Source: Seison nebaliae
Lineage: Eukaryota
Direction of reading: 5' to 3'
Length of the DNA stretch: 36,720 bases
Assembly: GCA_023231475.1 (NCBI GenBank)
Contig: JALJEE010003257.1
Location: forward strand, 1-36,720
In this document: in pieces, positions 25,514-35,797 of the stretch
Layout of the letters: the number at the start of each line of letters is the position of its first letter
How positions within the stretch are numbered: position 1 is the first letter of the stretch
Position numbers and translations under genes: made by a program
Notes under the pieces: generated by a model
Seen by the model: the letters and a program-made list of their open reading frames with translations, nothing else
The model's database searches: none
What the model was told of the DNA's origin: nothing

Positions 25514-28500
25514 TCCTATTATGTTACTTTTCTCCGAACCATCGAATACGACACACCAGTCGACGACGGATATATATTCATTCTCCTCATTCTTATTAAT
25601 AAGTGAACGAATGGGAAGTATGTGTATGATAGGGATAAATACATTCCGACTACATTCGACTATATATGCATGATCCATATACGAGAACTACACGAACCGA
25701 TACATTCACTCACAATTACTCGCTGACTGACAGAATTACACACACACCTACACTGAAACTTAGACGACTATTGTGTGAGATACATGAGATTTCCTCTAAC
25801 CATGGCGAGAATAATGTTTAATCGCTTTCCATTCCCAGGCACGAGAAGCCACCCACTAAAGTACTTTCCAAATTACAAGTGCCAGGACTTTCCATTATTC
25901 TTTATCGTCGACAATTGGCGTCTTATTCATTAGAAAGTGATTCATTTGCTGCTTGTAAGAATGAAATGGCGGGGGAGTCACAACTATGTTCCTTCTCTCG
26001 TTCATCTCACTACTCGTGAGAAAGACGACTGGATAATTTGATAATTTATGTAAATAATTTCATAATCAAATCAGAACCAGAATGATGATTCTTATAAGTA
26101 TCATTGGGTGTTGTTGTGAGGAATTGGTTTCACAAGGAATTCCTGAGAAAATTGGAGGAATGAGAATGAAAATAGAAAATAAGAAATTATATTCTCCTTC
26201 ATAAATATGAGTCCGTTTCTCACAAAATTCCATTTCACATGCAATTTGATGTGGAGATCAATGGCAATAGTTGATGGAATGATCCTCTTATTTTATGGAC
26301 ATTTTTGATTTTTGACAGCGAAGATGTTACCAACATAATGCTCCTAACATCTCTGGTTGAAGGAATGCATCAAGCAGTTTTGAAGTGATTCTTCTCTTAT
26401 TCTCCTAATTCTCATCAGTCTGAATTATTTGCATTTCTCACTGACAACATTGTAAGAACATTCACCGAATGGAATGAAAATGATTCTGTTGAAGATGTGC
26501 ATGACGACCTGGAGCTGCGTGAGTGGTAAAAGAAGAAGTTTTATGCAGTAGAAGCAATTCTTTCTCTCGTCCTATTTGTATGTCTATCATTTCGACTATC
26601 GATTGGGATGTATTCGGGCTCATCTGGTAGAAGTGATATGTCGATTGATGTTGAGGGGAGGGAAGGGAAGGGAAAGAAGAAGGGAAACTAGATTGGAAAA
26701 GGAGAAGAAAAGCGAGCACTAGATAAATACATGTAGAGAAAGTAAAAAAAAAAGAAAAAAGAGCATATGCCATTCCATATTTTCAGACAATAAAAATAAC
26801 AGCGGACGACGACGACGATGACGACGATGATGACGACGAGAACGATGATGAGAACGAAGATGGTGACGATGGTGAGGACCATAACGATAATAAATGAAAA
26901 TAATGAGAAGCATAATAAATGAAGAATAACGACAACATAAGATCGATCAAAACACTTTTCTCCTACAGTTAGTGTACTCGGTGGACTTGTTATCATTGCT
27001 GCCTAATTGAGTGAGGAGCGGTGATAGTAATGAATCTGTGTCGCCCGAAATGCTTCTATTGCTACAGCAATTGGCAATTTCTATCATCGCTCGTTCGTCC
27101 CATGCATCTGTCTCTCTTTTTTGTTTTTCTGCTTGACTATAATGCTCATTCTGGCTTCAGTTCATCATACAGTCGGAGAAGTACATCGTCACATGAACTT
27201 GTATCGTTCATCTCTCACTTCAACTCTCATTATTCGCATTATTCACACCGTCTATGTTTCTGCTTCTGATAATAATGATGGTGATGCTATTCTTTTACTT
27301 CATCCCCATTGCTCCTGTTTTTCCTCCGTCTCCTTACCATTATTGCGCTATTCATTATCCTTATCAGACTGTCCGATGTTACTGATGTTCTTATTAGTTT
27401 GTTATGAATAAAACATATCGGCTCATGCTCCCAACAAATTATTCCCAATTACTCCGTCAAAACTTCTATCATCAATTCGATTACAATAAATTCGTCTTGA
27501 CTAATTATGAAAAGTAACTTCACTACTCATCTGACCATACTGTAACCTTCTGACTATGAAAATTAAATATGTCTTAAACATTACGACGAGAAATATCGAC
27601 GATAAGAATTCGGATGGAAGTTCTGTCTGAAATACTTTGATGGATATTCGTTTAAGTCAATGTGATAAAATAACCTGTAAAGGAAAATAAAGGTACATAA
27701 TATGAAGTTTTAAGAATATAGAAGAAGAGACATATGGATGAAGAAATGAAGAAGATGTTTGAAGAAGTAAATGTGAATGGAGGAAAAAAAGAGAGAAAAG
27801 AAAGAACATCGAAATAGAATCGATAAACAGAAGATCGCAGACGTTGCAGAACATAATTATCATCAACATCGGAAGCGGTGGCAACTGGAGAAGTGGTGGC
27901 AACAGCGGCAGTAGCAGCATAGAAAGAAATGTTAGCGAGTAACGACGAACGATCGTTGGGAGGAAGCATTTCTGGAAGAAGATGCAAAAAAAAAGAAGAA
28001 GTTATGAAAATTGGAAGTAAGTAAATAAGTAGAGATGGGGTGGGGAGTGGGAGGAACTGAATGGTAGACTTCGGTAACTGTACCGATAGTGAGAGTAATG
28101 ATGAACGTGATAATCTGTAACAGAATTGTGGTACCATCAATCTAGTAGGAACTTGATAGCGGAAAATGAAGTTGATCAGACGATATTTAATTTCTTCAAT
28201 ATCCTCACCATTTATCCTCGTGTGGATAGTAGAAGTTCAGAGACGATAGATTATCAGATATATATCCACAGATGTGTATCTGTTCATTTCCAATGGAGAA
28301 ACTTACAAATGATTTGTGAATTAAAAAATATGAATTTCTTCATTTTACATGTCGAACTTTTTCCTTCAGTACTCCCTCTGATTCGATGAGATGAAATAAG
28401 ATGAGATGGACTCATCGTAGTATCATCGATATGCACATCGAACTCTGTCGATAAGTCTTGTGCAGAGTGTCTATATGTGTCTGCTTATGTATCATATTGG

Positions 28501-30026
28501 GGAACGAGTTGAGAAAAGAATTAAATGAATGGATATATCACTCATTAGAGACAGGAGAGGAGAAATGGATGTGGAGAAGAAATCTGGGAACTTTCATGGA
28601 GAAATTCTGATGAATATATTATTTGCCAACTCTTATTCTCCCTCCCTTCCATCGTCAACCATCCAATCACCATCATCATCATTATTTGGTTATTGAGAGA
28701 ATATGTGATGAGATGCAATAAATCGAGAGATCATCATCAATAGCAATGTCTAATGAATGACAGATTGGCGCATCTCTCGCCTCATGAATTCGGAGTTATT
28801 CAGAGTTATTCGGAATTCTGACATACAGTTCTCGTAGAATCTTCAACATCTTCTTTCGACTTGATGGAGTTACGGGTGGCACGTCATGTCGCGTGACTAA
28901 CTATGAAATGGAATAAATGGAAGAATGACAGAGAGAATCGACCAGAGGCAATACGATCGAAACTCGCGAAAATACATGGAGGAGCATTTGGAGGGGGACA
29001 CAAATGAGCGAAAGCGCGGCAGCGATAATTTGGGATCGTTGGAAGCGACAAGAAGCACCATAGAGGGAGGAAGTGCTTGCGCATGTGCTCTCCTGTTTAT
29101 TCACGGGCAAATGAAGGCGAAGCGGCAGAAGTCGATTGATCCACGTGCATCAACTGGTTTTCCAATGGAACATTTCTTCGACGACCAACATACGACGACG
29201 ACGACGACGACGACGAAGACAATGACGTCGTTCAACAACATTCCATCCATTCACTTCCATACATTCGTCTGATATGTAACATACACATTCACCCTCCGTC
29301 ACCGACATATTAATTGTGTGCAGATACATCAAATTCCGAGTTTACGTAGCACGTACATATGTGTTGGTAAAGTAAATGCATTTATTGTGCATTGATTCCT
29401 TTCGCCCGCTCCCTTCCTATCCAGCAAGAGCAATAATAACAATGAGGATGTCAATTGCTCATTATCGGTCTTCATAGTCGTTTGCAGGAATTTTCGCTTC
29501 TTTCCCGCCAATTTTTTTAGATCTAATAATTCTACATCTCCCAACGTCAGTCCAGTAGCAATTGACTGTCAAGATTTTCTTTCTTTATTTCTCCTCAATG
29601 CACATTCACTTACAAAATCATATCGTACAATCATCTCCTCCACATCTATTCAACTAACATGATATGTCTTTTCTCATATACACAGGTATGGGGAGACTTC
29701 GCTTCTCATCCATCTCACATATGGACCAAATCAACTACGTATTCCTTATTGGAGCAACAATTCGAGCTAGCTATTATGTTGGCTGAATGCCGACGGAATG
29801 TGCTCCACATAAGACAGATAATTAACGGAGTACAACCGATCCGTAATGTGATTAGGACGGAATCATCGGTGCACGAGATAAACAATATCATCATCAATCT
29901 CTTCTGCTTCCAATATATTTTCACTATTCTCAGGTGTCGCACACCGATTTCACAAGAAATCTCCATAAATTTTCGTAACAATTTTTAAAATTTTTATTTG
30001 AAGAAATGAACAAGAAAAAATTTATT

Positions 30027-31485
30027 TTATTCTCGACAATCCTCCTCAAGATTTGGTGTGACAATTAATTTATCGAATATCTGTCCCAAATTCACTAATC
30101 GATTATTTGAGAGTCCATCTTCTCTCCATTCCATCTCGTCATGGTCAAAGATCTTCTCATCATCATCTTTCGATCGAACACTATAAACTTCCTGATATAA
30201 GATCCCAACATCACACTCTCAAACCAAATAGATAAAACGAACTTCCAAATATGAATTAGGAATACCTTCTGTAATTTCAAATCGCACATTCTTGGACGTC
30301 ACAAAATATGCTTTTCCACTTTTATGCACAACGATTTTTCCAAGACGACCCTCCGGCAATTCATCCACTTCAACATTTGCATTCTTTTGCTCATCATCAT
30401 TCCCCTCAATTTGAAGTTTATCGAAAGGTTGCAATTCAGCATCCGTTAAATCTTTATTGAAATTTCATCAATTTAAATTCATTTTCCTCAATCTAACCTG
30501 GTATTTCATCATCTTCCAACAATTTTGTCTTCTTCTTTTCTCAAAAAAATATAAAATGAAATAAAACAGTTTCAATAAATTCAACTTCTTCCGTATAAAA
30601 ATAAGGTAGTACTGATGGTAACTGCATTAAAACCATTTCTTCATCTGAAAGAAAGGAAATTTCTAAAAAAAGTTTCATCATAAAATTTCAACTTTTCAAT
30701 CCATTTTCGATTATTTGTTGAGCATTTAATTTCTTTGGTTCTCTTATATTAAAACAATTATTCTCAACTATTCACACTTATGTTGAGAATGAAATAAAAA
30801 GATGGTAACCCAATTGATCTAAGTTAGTGTGGGCACATCTTGATTCAAATTCAGTACCTGATAATTTTGTTGCGATAATTTTCTTCCTCGTCGTATATTC
30901 GTTCGATTTCCAGTCAATGGGGAAATTATTATCTATTTTATTCTAAAGATTTTTAAAAAATTAATTCTAATTCTCTTCTTCAACAATCTGAATAACTTCA
31001 ATAGGAAATAATTTTTCATGAAATTTTTCTTCAGTCACTTCATCTTCTTCAGTTTCCGATTTGAAATGTTTTTCACTTTTTTCAACTTTTGGAAGGGATT
31101 TCGTTCGTTTAAACGATTCATTAGTTATCCGTTCTGAATATAATGTTTGAATTTGAAAAAAATAAAAAACAATGAAACCAGAAATCTTATTTGATATTGG
31201 TGCAATTTGTGTATCGAAAATTGATTTTATCTGAATTGTTTGAGGAGTCTTCAATTTTTTCGAGGACGATCGATTTCTGTCATTTTTAGTTTGCGGTTTC
31301 TTTTCTCGCTTCGTTTTACTTTCTCTTTTTATTGACGGTGTTCGTTTAGTCTTAGTGGAATTACGATCATTCTGCTCTTTAAGTGCATGAGAAATATTCG
31401 GTTTGACTTTCGATCGACTTTTCCGCAAATTCTTCAAATCACTTTCGCCAGATAAGAATGATTCGTAATCTTTCTTATCTGCCAT
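30027..31485 (-). CDS. POLR3D: RNA polymerase III subunit RPC4, ~373 aa; exons 31485-31179, 31133-30997, 30942-30810, 30767-30693, 30644-30586, 30534-30498, 30451-30243, 30191-30027
   Basis: RPC4 motifs EEMVLMQLPSVLP, DELPEGRLGKIVVHKSGK, YLEEVYSV, LVNLGQIFDKLIVTPNL; Lys-rich N-terminus (KVKPNI). Seven GT-AG introns of 42-54 nt keep frame. AATAAA follows the stop directly. Middle exon boundaries are less certain. Confidence 0.88.
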
Positions 31486-31568
31486 TTATCTCGAAGGGAA
31501 TCCAATTTTTATAATACGAAAAAAAATCTCGAAATGAAAGAAAAATGATTGAAAAATCGTGAAAGAAA

Positions 31569-32795
31569 TCAATGAGAAAATAGTTGAATGAAAAGTGAAT
31601 TTTTCAGAGGCGAATGAATTTCGTTGTTGAGTTGAGAATTATCAAAAAATTTCTGTTCCAAATTCAACAGGTGAAGATATGATTGAATAGGATTCATATA
31701 TACATTCTGATAAATAAAATAAAGAAATTTTAAGAAGGAAATTTTAGAAATGAACTTCAGTCATAACTTTTCCATGTTGTTTATCGAATTTGATTCTTTT
31801 TCCATTTGGGATTTTGATGAAGAATTCATAGAAAGGAATGTGCATTGATATGAAGAGAATCCAATCCTCTAATAGATAGAGAAGGAATTTGATACCAAAC
31901 CTCAACTGAACATAAAATGAAGAAGAATTAAAATTTTTAATTTAACCGTTCCGAAAACCGTGTAGTAGACGGCGAATGTTGGAAATAAGAAAATGTTTAT
32001 TGTTAATAAGAGACATCCCAAGAACAATTGAGAAGGTTCGTATGAAGTGGATTGTTCAGTTTGTTGGAGATCGTTCCATTTCTTCGCACGGAATAATCGA
32101 AATAAAACTTTTATACAAAGTAGATTTCCTCGAATAATTCTAATGGGGAAGAAAAATGAGGTTTATGATGATAAAATTCAACTTTGCAATATATGAGTAG
32201 AAGATTAAAACGTGGAGTGATAAGATTTTGAGAATGTCGATAATAAAAGCAATTTGAGCACCGATGCCAAAGATCAATCCGAAATAAGTATTAACATAAT
32301 AAACTCCAGTAATAAATAAATAAATATTCTTCCATACCCACAAATAACCTTTTAGAAGATAATCATCATATTCTCATTAATATTCATCTAACTTGACCAT
32401 TGATCCAAATGATAACAAAATAATCTCATTAGAAACTTATTGAGAGGCGCATTCAATTTGAGACCTGCCGGAGTTTGACTCAAATATTTAAGAATGTCTT
32501 TCAATCGGAGAATGATCGAATTGAAATAATCGACACCATTCCATCGTTTGTACGAGGGAGTGAAATAGATAAAGAAGAGCCATCCCAACATCAGATTCCA
32601 AAAATAATGAAAAATGAAGTTGTATCTAATGGAAATTATTTTAGTTTTTTAAAAGGAAACGAATGGAAACTTTATATGACCATCAATTAAATGGTTTTTT
32701 ATTAAATTAAATTGATGAATCAATCGTTGGAAATGTTTATAAGAAGACGAATGTTCATTCAATCGATTGATCAATCCATTCCACAAAAATATCAT
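31569..32795 (-). CDS. PIGQ: GPI-GlcNAc transferase subunit PIG-Q/Gpi1, ~334 aa; exons 32795-32671, 32625-32393, 32348-32183, 32139-31947, 31905-31756, 31706-31569
   Basis: Gpi1 signature TPAGLKLNAPLNKFL...YHLDQWSSYL, IDILKILSLHVLIFY, LFRLFRAKKWN, YEPSQLFLGCLLLTINIFLFPTFAVYYTVFGTLR. Five introns of 41-49 nt keep frame. Confidence 0.9.
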
Positions 32796-32914
32796 TATAT
32801 TATCAACTTCACCATGAAAAGAGATATGGAACTAATTCTGATTTTCAGGAAGAAACGAGAGTTGAGAATGAGAGAGATCAACATGGAAAATTTATTTAAA
32901 AAGTTCTCGTTCAC

Positions 32915-34405
32915 TTATAATGACGAAGCATTCTGTGTCAACAGATCTGAGGCACATATCGCTTCTCCCCCATCATTCAATGATCGTTGTGTTAACATCG
33001 ATGTCAATAGATCGACGGCTGGATCATCAATTTGTTCAACATTCAAAATTTTAGCAATTTCACCTTCATCGTCAATATCGTCGCAAGATGACGAATCGGA
33101 ATGATCATCCTCCATTTCTTCCAATTGTTTTCTTTCAAAAATTTCACGAATACTTTTATCACATTGTTCGATGAAATGATTTAGAGGATTCTCATCGATC
33201 ATTCCTGATGGTTTTGTTGATGGATAAATTTTATTGATAATTTCTTGACTATTTGATGATTTGAAAATGGATTCGATATTATCTAATAAATGAGAGACGA
33301 GTTTCGATTCTAAATGTTCACTAATTGCTTTTGGTTGTAATCGATTATATGGATTAGTGACATTTTGTTTTGTAACTGATGAAATGGTTTGATTCGATTC
33401 TTCATTCACAATTGATTTCTTTCCAATTAATAATTTCATTTCTTCACCAGTTTCGCTTAATAAACTAGTATCGATATGTTCGATATAACTATCTAATTCT
33501 TCTACTGATATTTCTAGCCATCGTTCGTCATTGCAACATAAATTTTTATAATGAACAAATGACGAATCATCATTGTGAGAATAATGAGATAAATCGATTT
33601 TTTTCTCACGAATATATTTCCCTAAAATATATGCGAATGCTTTCGACAATTCAAAATTTCGAATTTCACGGACATTATTAAATCGTGAAATGAGATTAAC
33701 ATAATTATATTTAGTTGTTAAGATTTTTATGGTTTCCATATCTTCATTATAAATAATTGATTGTTGATTCCATTCATTCTCTCTATCTTCACTAACTGAA
33801 ATCACCAATCTTTTCATCAATTCATAATAGTCTTTCTCCGTCAACGAATTAACGAATTTCAAATATTTCTTTGGTATTTCCAGAGGGAAGATATGTCGAT
33901 TAAAACAATCAGTAGTCATTGATCGTAATCGAATACGAATAATTTCTTGAGCGAATTCATCCAATTCTATCCATTTACTCTTATCAGTCAATTGATTCTC
34001 CTTCGAATTTCTTATCATAATCAATCGATCCATATGGAAGAATATCAACGGTTCACCATTATCATCGTTTATACTTTCCGGTAACGTGTCAGCGATTTCT
34101 CCTAAAATAAATTCTCCATTCGAATCCCAAATTCGACAGATTATTTCTTTATGAACTGAACTCACTTCTTTCAATATTTTTACACATTTCCATTCTTCTT
34201 CAATACAACCACCAATATCTAATGATTTTCTTTTCATTGAACAATTATCCAAATGAGATATTGGTGGAAGTTGAAATTCATCTCGATTCCATATATATTT
34301 CTCACTTCTCTCTCGAATTAAATCACTAATTTCTTTGTAATGTTTTGAGAGATAATTTTTTTCGATCTCTATCAATTCGATCTCTATCGTTAACATATTG
34401 TTCAT
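32915..34405 (-). CDS. ECD: Ecdysoneless (ECD/hSGT1) homologue, 496 aa, intronless, divergent
   Basis: YIWNRDEFQL, GGCIEEEWKCVKILKEVS, RIWDSNGEFILGEIADTLP (cf. DNDGEFLLIEAADFLP), NDERWLEISVEELDSYI (cf. DDSWL..S..ELD), and C-terminal VDLLTSMLTQ...ASDLL. Confidence 0.85.
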   Translation of the reverse strand: MNNMLTIEIELIEIEKNYLSKHYKEISDLIRERSEKYIWNRDEFQLPPISHLDNCSMKRKSLDIGGCIEEEWKCVKILKEVSSVHKEIICRIWDSNGEFILGEIADTLPESINDDNGEPLIFFHMDRLIMIRNSKENQLTDKSKWIELDEFAQEIIRIRLRSMTTDCFNRHIFPLEIPKKYLKFVNSLTEKDYYELMKRLVISVSEDRENEWNQQSIIYNEDMETIKILTTKYNYVNLISRFNNVREIRNFELSKAFAYILGKYIREKKIDLSHYSHNDDSSFVHYKNLCCNDERWLEISVEELDSYIEHIDTSLLSETGEEMKLLIGKKSIVNEESNQTISSVTKQNVTNPYNRLQPKAISEHLESKLVSHLLDNIESIFKSSNSQEIINKIYPSTKPSGMIDENPLNHFIEQCDKSIREIFERKQLEEMEDDHSDSSSCDDIDDEGEIAKILNVEQIDDPAVDLLTSMLTQRSLNDGGEAICASDLLTQNASSL

Positions 34406-34536
34406 GAATGTGGAAGTAATGAAATTTGATAGAAAAACTGGATTCTAATAAAAATTATAACACAAATTAAAAAAATGGTCAGTAATGTGACTTTTTTGAT
34501 GAATGTAACACAAAAATGAATATTGATAATTATGAA

Positions 34537-35347
34537 TTAAGTTTTAATTTCATTGTTCTTCTTTAAATAATGTTTCATTTTTCTACAAATAAAAATATTG
34601 AAAATTTATTGATGGAAAAAAAATTGAAAAAGAATAACTTTCTTATTCGTTTCTTAATTGGTTCTGGTAATTTTGTTAAAAATTCTAATGAGACATCGTT
34701 AATATAAAAATATTCTTTTTCCTTCTTCTCTGACGTTGTTGTTGTTGTTATTGTAGAAGGTGGCGTGTTGGATGTTTGAATTTCATCAACTTTTCTTCTT
34801 TTATTAAATTCGTTAACATTCATTAATGATGATTCGTTCCCAATCGTTACTATAAATAGAAATGATAAGATGATGAGAAAATTGAAGAAGAAAAACTTTT
34901 CTCGTTCGTATCAAGAACACTTCTCTTTTGATTTTTATGTTTTTCCGATGTTTTTTCCTGAATATCGTCATTTTCATTATCATTATTTGGTCTGTTTCGT
35001 TTCCATTCCAGTTTGGAGGAATTGTTCGTACAATTATTATCTTCATTATTATTCATTTGACTCAATGGTGCACTATACATGAAAGCTAATCCGACTTTTG
35101 CTTTCTCATTTCCCATCAACGATTGATTGGCATACATGTCATGTTCTTTCTCACGTTGAATTCTCAAATCTTCTTGTCTCTTAATATGTTCCGCCTCGTT
35201 CTTCTCAGCGAGAAATCTCTACAATTTTCAACATTTTACAATTTGGGGAATTTAATGAATGAAAAGAAAACGAACTCGTTCTTGGTTGCCACGATTAGTT
35301 GGATGAAACCATTTCTTTGACATATAATTCTCATATCCTTTTCCCAT
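34537..35347 (-). CDS. CIR1: CIR1 (corepressor interacting with RBPJ; Cir_N domain), ~216 aa; exons 35347-35276, 35218-34897, 34849-34639, 34582-34537
   Basis: MGKGYENYMSKKWFHPTNRGNQERRFLAE..., LMGNEKAKVGLAFMYSAP, KLEWK and SLEFLTKLPEPIKKRIRKK match recalled CIR1 blocks (MGKSFANFMCKKDFHP, GLNFMYEAP, KFEWQK, VEFLKSL). Introns of 57, 47 and 56 nt. Confidence 0.85.
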
Positions 35348-35766
35348 TTTCGACGCTTTTCAAACAAACGTTATTTCTTCGAAAAAACAATACGATTCTT
35401 AGAAAATAAAAAGTATATTTCTTATTGTGATAATTTGAAGCTATTAATTTGAGTTAATAACAAAGTTCATAATTTGAATATTTAAACGATTAATTCGTTT
35501 ATGTGTCATGTTAGATTAGGCCTGGCGCCAAGTTCGAATAAGGAATATTTTAAGTACAAAATATATTAGGTCATTTTAAAATTATTTAAACTATACAATA
35601 TATTTAGAGAGTTTTAAATTTTATTGTTATGTCCAGCAATTTTTGATTCGTCCGAACTTGTTATGTAACATGGAAAAGAAGAAAAGTTATGAGATCAATT
35701 GTGTGAATTTCAATTGTTCGAGTTTGAGAAGTTCTCACTCACCAGCTAATTATTTCATATTTTAAG

Positions 35767-35774
35767 TATATAAA
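35767..35774 (+). promoter_or_regulatory. Candidate TATA box for the Arg/Pro-rich gene, in the divergent intergenic region shared with CIR1
   Basis: TATATAAA about 30-40 nt upstream of the ATGs at 35798 and 35807. The AT-rich background lowers specificity. Confidence 0.4.
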
Positions 35775-35797
35775 TTAGGAGATGTGATGGGTTAATT

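Noticed and set aside
19430..28285. Short hairpins (~19434, ~20782, ~25178, ~28254)
   Set aside because: Stems of 7-11 bp are expected by chance in repeat-rich DNA, and they share no sequence.
17045..29988. Numerous 60-160 aa ORFs in the non-coding expanse
   Set aside because: No recognisable domains. Many use TTG/GTG starts or arise from microsatellites (poly-V, D, Q, C, T).
31485..31570. Possible overlap of the PIGQ C-terminus with the POLR3D start
   Set aside because: Careful translation gives TGA at 31571-31569, leaving 83 nt before the POLR3D ATG.
35500..35670. GTTCGAAT (B-box-like) and AATTTTTGA (Sm-site-like) sequences suggesting a tRNA, snRNA or SL RNA
   Set aside because: No cloverleaf, A-box spacing or convincing flanking stem-loops could be built by eye.
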